DNA of 64,000 bases from Mobula hypostoma. Lineage: Eukaryota. The notes under the pieces were generated by a model. That model was not told where the DNA came from. It made no database searches and was given only the letters and a program-made list of their open reading frames with translations. Positions 24,025 to 36,126 of this stretch are shown here, piece after piece; positions within the stretch are counted from its first letter, which is position 1, and each line of letters starts with the position of its first letter. A program made the position numbers and the translations under genes. Where the stretch lies: contig NC_086108.1 of assembly GCF_963921235.1 (NCBI RefSeq), positions 114,082,001-114,146,000 of the forward strand, in the 5' to 3' direction.

Positions 24025-27000
24025 CTTCAAAACAAAATAGAAATTGTGTTACACTGTGGACCACTGCACTGGAAAATGCAGAGGGTGCATTTCCTTTTTT
24101 AGCCTGGGACATCTCCAGCAAACGATATAATGTCAGCCATTGCAGTGTATGAAAATCTGTTGTCGACTTTGCCATGAGGACATGATTTCAGCCCCCATAG
24201 CTATAACTCTGAAATCCACTCCTTCATCATAGCGGTAGAGGGTACTACAGGACAGAAACTGGCCCTTCAGCCTATCTAGCCCATGTCAAACTGTTAAACA
24301 ATCTGGTCCCATTGACCTGCACCTGGACCACAGTCCTCCATACCCCTCCCATGCATGTACCTATTCAAATTACTCTTAAGTGTTGCATCAAACCCACATC
24401 TCTCTGATTCGGATTCTTCATAAACCAAAGTGTTGAGTACAGGAGTTGGAATGAATTTTGAAATTGCATAACACGTAAGGGGCCCAAATTTAAAGTACTG
24501 TGTGTCCTCTACCTACAAGAAAGATGCAAATAAGATTGAAAGAGTGCAGAGAAAAGTTACAAGGATGTTGCTGCGACTTGGGGACCTGAGTTTTAGGGCA
24601 AGCTTGAATTGGTTATGACTTTATTCCCTGGAGCATAGAAGATTGAGGGCAGATTTGATAGAGGTATACAAAATTATGAGGGGCATAGATAGGGTAAATG
24701 CAAGCAGGCTTTTTCCACTGAAGTTGCGTGAGTCTAGAATTAGAGGGCATAGGTTAAGGGTGAATGGTGAAATGCTCAAAGGGAACATGGGGAAGGGAAT
24801 CTTCTTTAGTCAGGATGGTGAGAGTGTGGAATGAGCTGCCAGTGGAAGCGGTGGATTAAAATAAACAAATTTCAAAGTAAACTTATTATCAAAGTACAAT
24901 TATGTCACTATATACAACCCTGGGATTCATTTTCTTGTGGGTACTTACAGTAAACACAAAGAAAAAGAGAATCAATGAGAGACAGCACACCAGATGGATA
25001 AACAACCAATATGCAAAAGTCAATAAACTTTCAAATAGAAAAAGAAAAAACAACAAAAGAAAATAATAATAAATAGATAAGCAAGAAAGAGAGAACATGA
25101 GGGCAGAGCCCTACCCGTACTTCAGCCCCTGATAACATCAAAATCAGCCTGAAGAAATTCACCACGACGTCTAAAAACTGGGAAGACATTGCTCTCAATA
25201 GATGCACCTGGAGGAAATCTGTTCAAGAGGGAGTTGCACTACATGAGAATGAGTTCTGTTGTGCCACAGAGAACAAGAGGCAACTGTGAAAGGAGAGACT
25301 GAACAACCAAAAGACTCAGATACTAACCGCAGTCACCACTTATTGGAGCCTACGCTGCACCAGAATATGTGGATCTTAGATCAGCCTCCACAGCACCACT
25401 ACTATGGACCAGCACCAGTTTGCACAGAAAGCCAAACAGATCAACCAAGGACGCCATCTCCATTGCCTCCACACCGCACTACAACATCTGGAGCAAAAGG
25501 AAACCAACAGCAGAATGCTTTGGATTGAACACTGTTCTGCCTTCAATACAAACTCCCCAGTAGGTATGGAAACTACTCAAACGGTGAGCGAACATCACAG
25601 AGGAGTCCCTTTAGACCACCAACACCTCCTTGATAGTATGGAAGGCTGAGCACCACCTATACTATCTTAGGAGTTAAAGAGAGAAAATCTGTCCTAAAAG
25701 CTGTTGGTAAACTTTCACCGATGTATAACTGAGAGCACCCTTATCATACAGAGATGTATGGTATGGTACACTAGCTTCAACATGATCGACCAAAAAGCAC
25801 TTCACTGAGTGATCAGGACGGCATAGAACATCACTGGAACACAACAACCAGATATGGAAACCATCTACAACTCATGATATCTACAGTGGGCTCGCAACAT
25901 TCTGATGGACTCATTCCACCCCAGTAATCACCTCTTCAATCTCCTATCATCCGGCAGGAGATATAGAAACATCTCTGCACGGTCATTCAGACTGAAAATA
26001 CAACTTTTCTCCCTCGAGGCTGTCGTGCAAGTGGACAATACCTCCCACCACTACCCATGGTCGATAGGCACTATGGACAATTTCTAAGTGCGATACTTGG
26101 GCATAATTCGTGATGCTATTTCATACTTAACCATTGTAATTCTATAACACGGCCATATGCAGTACTTGAATAGAGTTCTTTGTTTTTATTTCAGTTGCAA
26201 CTTAGATGTCATTCTAAATAACTCAGACTTTATTTTAAACAGTCATTGTGTTTTTAGTAGCTGGACTGATTACACAGAATGGAGCAGCACCTCAATCTCG
26301 TTGTGCTGTGCAGTGACAGTAACACCCCTTTGAGGACCCACCAATAGACAACCCCTTCAGACAGCATCATACTCAAGTCTAGCACTGCTACTACTCATCC
26401 GCACGTCAGTACGAAACTGACAGATGAATCAAATATGTGTTTAGCACACAACAGACCCTTTCAGCACACCTTGCTCATGCCCAGCCGTGAGGACCAACAC
26501 CTACTCCGGGGTTTCGAGCCAAACTGTCAACAATTTCTTTCAGAATCAGATTTAATATCACTGGCGTATGTTGTGAAATTTGTTGTCTCATGCAATACAT
26601 AACAATAGAGAAAAATGTGAATTATGATAAGTGTTTATGAAATAGTTAAATTAAATAAGGAGTGCAAAAATAGAAATAAAAAAGCAGCGAGATAGTGCTC
26701 ATGAGTTCAATGTCCATTTAGAAAGTGGATGGCGGTGGGGAAGAAGTAGTTTCTGGAATCACTGAGCATGTGTCTTCAAACCTTTTTTTAAGATTATGAA
26801 GACACGTAGTCCTCTTTTATTGTCATTTAGTAATGCATGCATTAAGAAATGATACAATATTTCCTCTGGTGTGCTATCACAAAACACAGGACAGACCAAG
26901 ACTGAAAAAACTGACAAAACCACATAATTATAACATATAGTTACAAACAGTGTAACAATACCATAACTTGATGAAGAAGTCCATGTGCACAGTGAAGTTC

Positions 27001-27749
27001 AAAGTCTCTCAAATGTCCCACATCTCATGCAGACGACAGAAGGAAGAACTCTCCCTGCCATGCTGACCACGGTCCGACACTGAGCCATCTGAAAACTTCG
27101 AGCTCTGATCAGCTCTCCGACACCGAGTACTGAACGCCATCTCTGTCTGAACTATTCGACCTCAAGCTCGGTCACCACCAGCAGGCAAAGCCGGGGATTT
27201 TGAGGCCTGCCCTCCGAAAGATTCCCAACCACGCAGTCATGACAGCAGTGAACGAGCGTTTCAGAAATTTCTCCAGATGTTCCTCTGTGCTTTCACGTCC
27301 ATTCTCCATCAAATCAGAATTGTCCACGGCCCCTATTTAACAGATACGATATCATTTTCACCGGAGGGCTGCGCACGCGCAGGTGCGCTACCTCTCTCCC
27401 CCCGCCACCTCCTTTTGTACCTCCTTCTTGATTGCAGCATTAAGAGGGTGACGTCCTGGCTGACTAAATTTACAACTCTCTGGAGCTTATTTTGATCCTG
27501 TGTGGTAGCCACCCCTCCCCACACTAGAGGCGATGAATAGCCAGAATGCTGCTCAGCCCACTGAGTTAACAGAACAGCACAGCACAGTACAGGCCCTTCA
27601 GTCCACTGTGTGTGTTCTATCATCCATGTGCTTATCTAAGAGCCCCTCAAATATCCCTAACATATTTGCATCTGTAATGCATTACGCTCTGCACAGAGGT
27701 AGCAGTTCTGTCTCAGGACTGCTCACCTGACCTGGAACATCTAGCGATC

Positions 27750-29740
27750 AAGTGTCACCCTCCTTATCTGCTGAGGGAGACTTCCACTATGATTATTACA
27801 GCAGTGTACATTCCACCTCAGGCAGGCTCTGGAGGAGCTAAGGTCTGTAACCAGCAGGCATGAAACTGCAAACCCCAAAGCCTTCTCTATCATTTCAAGC
27901 AGGCCGAAGACATCTCCGAACAACTGCCACCAACGTATCACCTGTGGAACTAGGGGAAACGACCACACTCTGTTTGTTTAGTGATACAGCTCAGAGCAGA
28001 CCCTTCTAGCCCTTTGGGTTGCACTGCCAGCAACACCCAATTTAACCCTAACCTCATTGTGGGACAATTTACAATGATCAATTAACTTACTAACTGGTAC
28101 ATATTTGGATTGTGGGAGGAAGCTGGAGTACCTGGAGGAAACTCATGCACTCCATGGGGAGGACATACAAAATCCTTAGAGGTTACTGGGATGGAACTCC
28201 AAACTCCAACAAGCTGTAATCATGATTCTGTGATGCCCCACGCTTACCGTGCTATCCCACGCCCATACTTTGGAAAGTCCGATCACTTAGCTGTACTTCT
28301 ACTCCGAGCATAAGGCATGGTCAAGGATAATAGAGAAGCACTTCCAGGACTGCTTTGAGTTGATGGTCTAGACAATATTCAGGGATTCATCTTGAATGAA
28401 TACTTCATAGTTGTCACCTGTTGACGGTTATATCAGTGGCATTCAAGACCAGTGATCCAGAACTTTTCAAGAAATGCAGGTACAACCTAGGATGGGCTAC
28501 TTTAAGAGCAAAACAACAATGCTGATTGAGGTTAGAAATAAAATTGGATGCGCATCAACTCTGGCAGGGTTTGCAGGCCATTACTTCCTACAAAGCGAAA
28601 CCCAACATCATGAATGGCTGTGATGAATCACTCTCAGATGAGCTCAACGCCTTTTATGTTCATTTTGAAAGGGAGAATAAAACTACACCTGTGTGAATCC
28701 TTGAATCGTCTGGTGACCTTGTGATCTGTCTCTGAAGCTGATGTCAGAACATCTTTCAAGGGGGTGAACCTCACAAGGCGTCGTGCCCTGATGGTGTACC
28801 TGGTAAGACTCTTAAAACCTGGCAGGAGTGTTCAAGGATATCTTTAATCTCTCACTGCTGCCGTCAGAGGTCCCTATTTGCTTCAAAAGGGCCACAATCA
28901 TACCAGTACCCAAAATGAGCAGGGTGATCTGTCTCAATGACCATCACTCAGTGGCATTCACATCTATTGTGATGAAGTGCTGTGACAGGTTGGTCATGGG
29001 CAGAATTAACTCTTGCCTAAACAGAACCTGGATGTGTCACATTTTGCCTATCGCCACAACAGGTCTACAGCAGATGCAATCTCACTGACTCTCCACTCAG
29101 CCTTGGATCACCCCAACATAAGACCTATGTCAGGCTGCTGTTTATTAACGACTACTCAGCACTCAACACAACCATACCTTCAGTTCTAATCAACAAGCTG
29201 GGCCGCTGGGCCTCTGTCCCTCCCTCTGCAACTGGATCCTTAGCTTCCTCACCAGGAAATGACATTTCCTCCTCGCTGATGATCAACTCTGGTGCACCTC
29301 AGATGTATGCTTAACCCGCTGCTCTACTCTCTCTACACACATGACCGTGTAACTCGGCACAGCTAAAATGCCATCTGTAGATATGCTGATGACAACTATT
29401 GCTGGACAAGTTTCAGATAGAGACAACAAGGCATACAGGAGTGAGACAGATCAGCTGGTTAAGTGGTGTCGCAACAACAACCTTTCACCCAAGGATAGTA
29501 AGACCAAGGAATTGATTGTGCACTTCAGGAAAGGGAAGTCAATGGAGCACACAGCGGTCTTCATAGAGGGATAAGCAGTGTAACGAGTGAGTAGTTTCAA
29601 GTTGCTGGGTGTCAACATTTCTGAAGATACAACCTGGGTCTAACACATTGATGCAATTACAAAGAAAGCAAGACAGTGGTTATATTTCATAAGGAGTTTG
29701 AGGAGATTTGGTATGTCAATGACACTTGATTATTTCTACA
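27750..29740 (+). mobile_element. Decayed Rex1/Babar-like LINE
   Basis: [22 protein letters not shown]...TIIPVPK, LVKWCRNNNL...KTKELIVHFRK. Confidence 0.75.
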
Positions 29741-31045
29741 GATGCAATAATAACAGGGTTGTCAGGATGGGTGATTTTAGCTTCCCCAATATTGATTGGC
29801 ATCTCCGCAGAGCAAGGCGTTTAGATAGGGTGGAGTTTGTTAGGTGTGTTCAGGAAGATCTCCTGACACAATGTGCAGATAAGGCTACAAGATCTGGTAT
29901 TGGGTAATTAACTTGGTCAGGTGTCAGGTCTCTCAGTGGGACAGCATTTTAGAATTGTGATCACTATCTCCATCTCCTTTACCATAGCACTGGAGAGGGA
30001 TAGGAGCAGACAAGTTAAGAAAACGTTTAATTGGAGTAGGGGAAATATGAAACAATCAGGCAAGAACTTGGAAGTATAAATTGGGAGCAGATATTCTCAG
30101 GGAAATGTACAGCAGAAATATGGTAAATGTTCAGGGAATACTTGCGCGGCGTTCTGCATAGGTACGTTCCAATGAGACGGAAAGGATGGTAGGGTACAGG
30201 AAGCATGGTGTACATGAGCTGTTGAAAATCTAGTCAAGAAGAAAAGCTTACGAAAGTTTCAAAAAACGAGGTAATGATAGAGATCTGGAAGGTTACAAGG
30301 CTAGCAGGAAGGAGTTTAAGAATGAAATTAGAAGAGCCAGAAGGGGCCATGAGAAGGCCTTGGCGAGCAGGATTAAGGAAAACCCCAAGACATTTTGCAA
30401 GTATGTGAAGAGCAAGAGGATAAGACCTGACAGAATAGGACCAATCAAGTGTGACAGTGGAAAAGTGTGTATGGAACCAGAGGAGGTAGCAGAGGTACTT
30501 AATGAATACTTTGCTTCAGTATTCACTATGGAAAAGGACCTTGGAGATTGTAGGGATGACTTACAGCAGACGGAAAAGCTTAAGCATATAGACATTAAGA
30601 AAGAGGATGTACTGGAGCTTTTGGAAAGCATCAAGTTGGATAAGTCACTGGGACCGGGCAAGATGTACCCAGGCTACTGTGGAAGGCAAGGAAGCAGATT
30701 GTGAGACTCTGGTGATGATCTTTGCATCATCAATGAGGACAGGGGAGGATCCGGAGGATTGAAGGGTTGCAGATGTTGTTCCCTTATTCAAGAAAAGGAG
30801 TAGGGATAAGGATTCAATCAGGCTCGTAAGGCACGACCTGCCTTTGACAAAGCCATGCTGACTATTCCTAATCATATACTTCTCCAAATGTTCATAAATC
30901 CTGCCTCTCAGGATCTTCTCTATCAACTTACCAACTACTGAAGTAAGACTCACTGGCCTATAATTTCCTGGGCTATCCTTACTCCCTTTTGGAATAAGGG
31001 AACAACATCTGCAACCCTCCAATCCTCCGGAACCTCTCCCGTCCT
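29740..31045. mobile_element. CR1 ORF2 fragment (+, 29740-30810) joined to an inverted CR1 fragment (-, 30811-31045)
   Basis: ORF 30360..30704 (+) and the NYRPVSLTSVVGK...QHGFVKG part of ORF 30645..31121 (-). Confidence 0.82.
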
Positions 31046-31049
31046 CTCC

Positions 31050-31620
31050 CGGTCCAGATGTTTTCCTTGGATTCACTCTCTTGAAGGCAGCCAGCATGTC
31101 ATCTTCAGATACTGAGATCAAAGGATCATCGGGGGGACATAGGGTGCGTGATGGTGTGGTGCCTCCCTGCTCTGGTGGTTAAAGCGAGCATTGAAGGCAT
31201 TGAACTCATCTGGAAGTGAAACTCTGCTGTCCCCTGAGTCACAAGATTTAACATTTACTAGATTATGGCATTCAAACCGTGCCACAGCTGTCGTCCCTCA
31301 CTGATTCCAGTCGAGTCCGGAATCGCCACTTCGCCCAAGAGGTGGCTTTCCAGAGGTGATACCTGCACCTCTTGTAGCATTCTTGTTCTCCAGACCTGAA
31401 TGCCTCTGATCTGGCTGTCAGCAGGTTGCGGATTTCATTGTTCACCTGGGGCTTCTGATTGGGGAAAACCCAGAACAATCCCGTGGGGACACACTAATCC
31501 AGAGCTGTTTTAATAAAGTCTCCGACGACCCTGATGTAGTCATACAGGCCCTCTTGAACACGAGTCCGCGGACTCAATGCAATCCTGTAACTGTTCCTCA
31601 GCCTCCCGCAGCCACCTCTT
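31050..31620 (-). mobile_element. Rex1/Babar-like LINE fragment
   Basis: FPNQKPQVNNEIRNLL...AFRSG and AFKRVNPRKTSGP. Confidence 0.65.
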
Positions 31621-31635
31621 CGTTGGGGGATGGAC

Positions 31636-31960
31636 TTAGAGGCTCGATGTGCATGAAATTGAAGAGAAGTGGGTGAGGGCAGCGTTGATGATGAAGGAAG
31701 GGAAGCCACTTTCTTTGAAGAAGCATGATGCCTCAGTTGCTCTGGAATGAAAAGTATCATACTGAGAGCAAATACGGCAGAGGAACTGAGAGAAGTGGAA
31801 GGCATTTTTACAAGTGACAGGGTGGGAAGAGGTATAGCCCAGATAGCAGTGAGAATCAGTGGGTTTATAAAAGATATCAGTAGATTGACCATCTCCAGAG
31901 AGATTGAGGGGAGTCAAAAATGGACCAAGCAAATTTGAGGGCAGGGTGGAAGTTGGAAAT
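31636..31960 (-). mobile_element. Penelope-like element RT C-terminal fragment
   Basis: TDIFYKPTDSHCYLGYTSSHPVTCKN...RICS is typical of the PLE RT thumb region. Confidence 0.75.
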
Positions 31961-32129
31961 CCAAAGCAACAGATACAAAATGCTGAAGGAACTCAGCTGG
32001 CCGGGCACCATCTATGGAAAAGAATAGTCAACATTTCAGGCTCAGGCCCTTCATCGGGACTGGAAAGGAATCTCATAACAAGGTCCACACGCAAAATGCT
32101 GGTGAACGCAGCATCTCTAGGAAGAGGTA

Positions 32130-32167
32130 CAGTCGACGTTTCGGGCCGAGACCCTTCGTCAGGACTA
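32130..32167 (-). ncRNA. Minimal hammerhead ribozyme motif (PLE type)
   Basis: Minus strand: UAGUC CUGACGA A GGGU-CUCG-GCCC GAAAC GUC GACUG. Confidence 0.78.
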
Positions 32168-32418
32168 ACTGAAAGAAGAGATAGTAAGAGATTTGAAAAG
32201 GGGAGGGGGAGATCCAAAATGATAGGAGAAGACAGGAGGGGGAGGGATGGAGCCAAGAGCTGGACAGGTGATTGGCAAAAGGGATACAAGGCTGGAGAAG
32301 GGAGAGGGTCATGGGACGGGAGGCCTAGGGAGAAAGAAAGGGGGAGGGGAGCACCAGAGGAAGATATAGTGAGAGGGACAGAGGGAAAAAAAAGAGAAAG
32401 GGGGAAAATAATAAGGGA

Positions 32419-33045
32419 GGAGGAGAAGATGGTGGCGCGACGCAGCGTGAACGGCCACTCCAGTGATGAATATCTGTTATTTATCAAGTAGAATGCTGTG
32501 CACAATTCTGATTTGATAGAGGCAGACGTGCGAGCACGGAGGAACATCTGGTGAAACTTCTGAAATGCTTGTTTTGCTGCTGCAGCTACTGTGTGATCCG
32601 AAATCTCTGGACGGGAAGGCCCCAAATCCTCGGCTTTGCTTGTTGCTCGGCAGAAATGGTGCTCGGTGTCGGAGGCTCAAAGTTTTCAAATGGACTCAGT
32701 CGGACTGTGGTTGGGTGCTCCCAGGATGTTGCCTCGGCAAGTTTGCAGCGCTGGTGGCTCATGGCAGGGGAGGGTTTCTCCCTTTTACCGTCTGCGTGAG
32801 ATGTTGTGGCTATCGAGACTTTGAGACTTTTTTTTTTACCATGCCCATGATATGCTCATATCAAATTACGGGATTGCTTTGCACTGTTGTAACTATATGT
32901 TATAATTATGTGGTTTTTGTCAGTTTTAGTCTTGGTCTGTCCTGTGTTTCTGTGATATCATACTGGAGGAACATTGTATCATTTTTTAATGCATGCATTT
33001 CTAAATGACAATAAATGAGGACTGAGTGTCCTCATAATCTAATAA
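32419..33045 (+). mobile_element. Non-autonomous retroposon inserted in a Penelope-like end; related copy on the minus strand at about 26790-27400
   Basis: Both copies share the 3' end ATGCATGCATT..AAATGACAATAAA..GAGGACT..GTGTC.TCATAATCT. AATAAGGGA occurs at both flanks. Confidence 0.65.
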
Positions 33046-34739
33046 ACAAATAAGGGATGGGGTAAGAAGGGGAGGGGCATTAACGGAAGTTAGAGAAGTC
33101 AATGTTCATGCCATCAGATTGGAGGCTACCCAGACGGAATATAAGGTGTTGCTCCTTTTGACTCATAACAAAGTCAACTGTGAGTCGAAGAGTACATCTT
33201 ATCATTCTAGGGAACCACCCAATAGTTTTATTACAGCAGAATAGAAGCTGTCCTTGAGCCTGGTGGCAAGTACTTTCAGACTTTTGTATCTTTTGCCCAG
33301 TGGGAGATGGGAGAAGAGAGAATGTCTGGGGTTGGACGGATCCTTGATTATGCTGGCAGTTTATAAGTGTAGAGAGTCCATGGATAGAAGACTGGTTTCT
33401 GTGATGTGCTGAGCTGTGTCCACAACTCTCTGCAGTTTCTTGAGGTCACAGACAGAGCAGTTGCTGTACCAATGCAACCAGACAGAAGGTCCTCTTCCCA
33501 TTGCCACCAAAGAGGTGGTATAGGAGCCTTAAGACAGGCACCCAGGCACTTTAGAAACAGCTACTTCCCCTCCGCCATCAGATTTCTGATTGGACAATGA
33601 ATCCGAAACTACTACCTCACTAATTTTTGCATGACTTATTTAATTGAATTTTTATGAAGCTATAAATGACAATCAGCGATAAGGGTTTTTAATTCTGTAT
33701 TGCACTGTACTGCTGCAACACAACACATTTCACAACATATGCTGGGGATATTAAATCGGTTTCTGGCTCCCTTGGTTATTTGTTATTACATTCCAACATG
33801 AACCTTAGCCTGAATGATTCACATATGCTGTTTATACAGCAACGTGGAGCATTTAAAGGTCTTGTGCCTTCAAAGTACTGTATTTGTCACCCAGTATTTA
33901 GATTAAAGGTAGAGACAATTTAGGAAATAAAATTCTCCACAGGGAGTGCAGGATCACTAGGAATTTAGTATCTAATTAACTTACACAAAACTCATAACCA
34001 CCCCAGACATTCTCTTTCGCCACTTTCCCCAGGGCAGGAGACACAAAAGACTGAAAACACATACCTGCACTTATACAGTTCAAAGGAAATTTATTATCAC
34101 AGTATATACGTCACCATAATCTACTGAGATATTTTGTGTATAAAATAAGACTCTTAAATAGTTCCCTCATACCATAAGTTGGAGTCTCGGCCTCACAATC
34201 TACTTCATTATGATCTTGCACTTTATTATTTGCCCGCACTGGACTTTCTCTGTAGCTGTTACACTTTATCCTGTGTTGTTATTGCACTATCTTGTTCTAT
34301 CTCAGTGCACTGCGTAATTATCTGATCTGAATGAAAAATATGAAAGACAAGTTTCCCACTGATCTTGGCACATGACCAATTCCACATACAGCACAGGGTA
34401 ATAAGAGGCAAAACAATCACAGCTTTTATCAGGAGCGTTGAGGACAATCCAGCTGTTGCTAAACTGCAAACCATGGGTGCACTGCACCCTACTGGTCTAC
34501 GTGTGCAGCATTCAAATCAGGGGAAATGGAACTTAATGAGAAATAGAGGTACAACATCCGTAAAGCTATCATAGACATCAAGACAATGCCACTCTCAGCC
34601 CAGCCATCAGTTGTAGCAAGGCTTGCATGCTGTAACAGGTTACAAAACATAAGACAATCAGCATCACCAACACTTGCACATCACTTTTTGATTAACTTAA
34701 TGGATTCAATGCATGCTTCGAACAGAAGCCACTGAAACG

Positions 34740-35040
34740 TCACCACTCACCCCAAACCTGAGCCCACAGTCACTGCAGACAGGAATGTCACCACCCACTG
34801 ACAGTCCCCAGAGTACCTGAGCCCATAGTCACTGTAAACAGGACTGTGACCACCCACCCTAACCTGAGCCCACAGTCACTGTAAACAGGACTGTGACCAC
34901 TCACCCTAACCTGAGCCCACAGTCACTGTAAACAGGACTGTGACCACTCACCCTAACCTGAGCTCATAGTCTCACTATAAAGAAGAATATCACCACCCAC
35001 CCCGACTGTCCGCAGTCTACCCTAGCACACAGTCACTGCT
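34740..35040. repeat. 47-bp minisatellite with an internal hairpin
   Basis: CCTGAGCCCACAGTCACTGTAAACAGGACTGTGACCACTCACCCTAA units start at 34816, 34863 and 34910, with degenerate units at 34757 and 34957. Confidence 0.9.
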
Positions 35041-36126
35041 CGGGATGACAGATCAATCTTTCGGACCCAGATGGTGACCCTAGCTGAGTCTTTATGGATC
35101 AGACTGTAGAGTTATTTATGGACATCTTTTATTCTCCCTACTTTAAGTCAACCACTATCAAGAAAAGCAAGGTAACCGGCCTTAGTGGCTCTGACATCCA
35201 CCTTAAGGTTGTTATAGCCTGGAGTGGTAGTAAGGACGTGCTCCCACTACCTATTAAATGCTCCGAATGGCGTGCACCTCAAATAGCCTCTGACAACTAA
35301 ACTCAGCTCCTGGCCTTCATATGTGGCTTAGTTACCAAGCCCAGAGGAACCATTTCTACTGAAAGAAGGGGGCAAAGCCAGGTTACTGGCGCATTAAAAC
35401 ATTTTGCTTCGGGCAGATGGGACTCATCAGCCGTGGGTGATCTGAAACCTCTGCTGCCTTGCGACTATACCTAGTCATAGGGAAGGCTTCGGGAGTAAAC
35501 TCCAAGGGAAAAATCTGGAGCTGGAAACAGTCCTACGGGAGTCCAACGCTGACTAGCAACTGTTGTTCCGCTGCTGGTACCAAACTGTATCGGTCTCTGC
35601 CGTTCCTTTGGGTTCATCAGCTGTGTGGAGAGGGGGAGTTTGCTGCATGGGCAACAGCTTGCTCTGCATCTCATAATTCATTGTAATTCACCTACAGTGG
35701 ACAACATCGTCTTGGCCCTATGCTCATCTTGGGAACACTGGGGCAGTAAAGACACCTACTGTAAGTCAGGGACACACACACAATGCTGGAGGAAAACAGG
35801 TTTTTGTTTGTGTTGCTTGCACTTTCATCATCTGCAAATTTTCTCATCTTTGTGCTACTGTAAGTCAGATTGTTTAATGACTACATCTCCATCTTCAAGC
35901 AAACTCATCTCCAAATCCTAGACGTGGGACTCAACACCTCCCTCTGCAACTTCCTGATCAACAGACCGGATTCAGCAAGGATAGGCAGTGAAAGCTTCAC
36001 CATTATAACAGCTGGCCACCACAGAGTGTAGCAGTTAGCGCAACACTGTCACTGGAGTTCATTTCCGATGTCCTCTAAGAAAGTTTGTATGTGCATGTGT
36101 GTTTCCTCTGGGTGTTCCAGGTTCTC

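Noticed and set aside
31904..32625. Long overlapping ORFs (195 and 210 aa), and similar ones at 59161-59566 and 11715-12088
   Set aside because: They are low-complexity purine/pyrimidine tracts of Penelope-like ends with no domain signal.
34816..34960. CACAGTC as a V(D)J recombination signal
   Set aside because: The heptamer is imperfect, there is no ACAAAAACC nonamer at 12/23 spacing, and no Ig or TCR segments are present.
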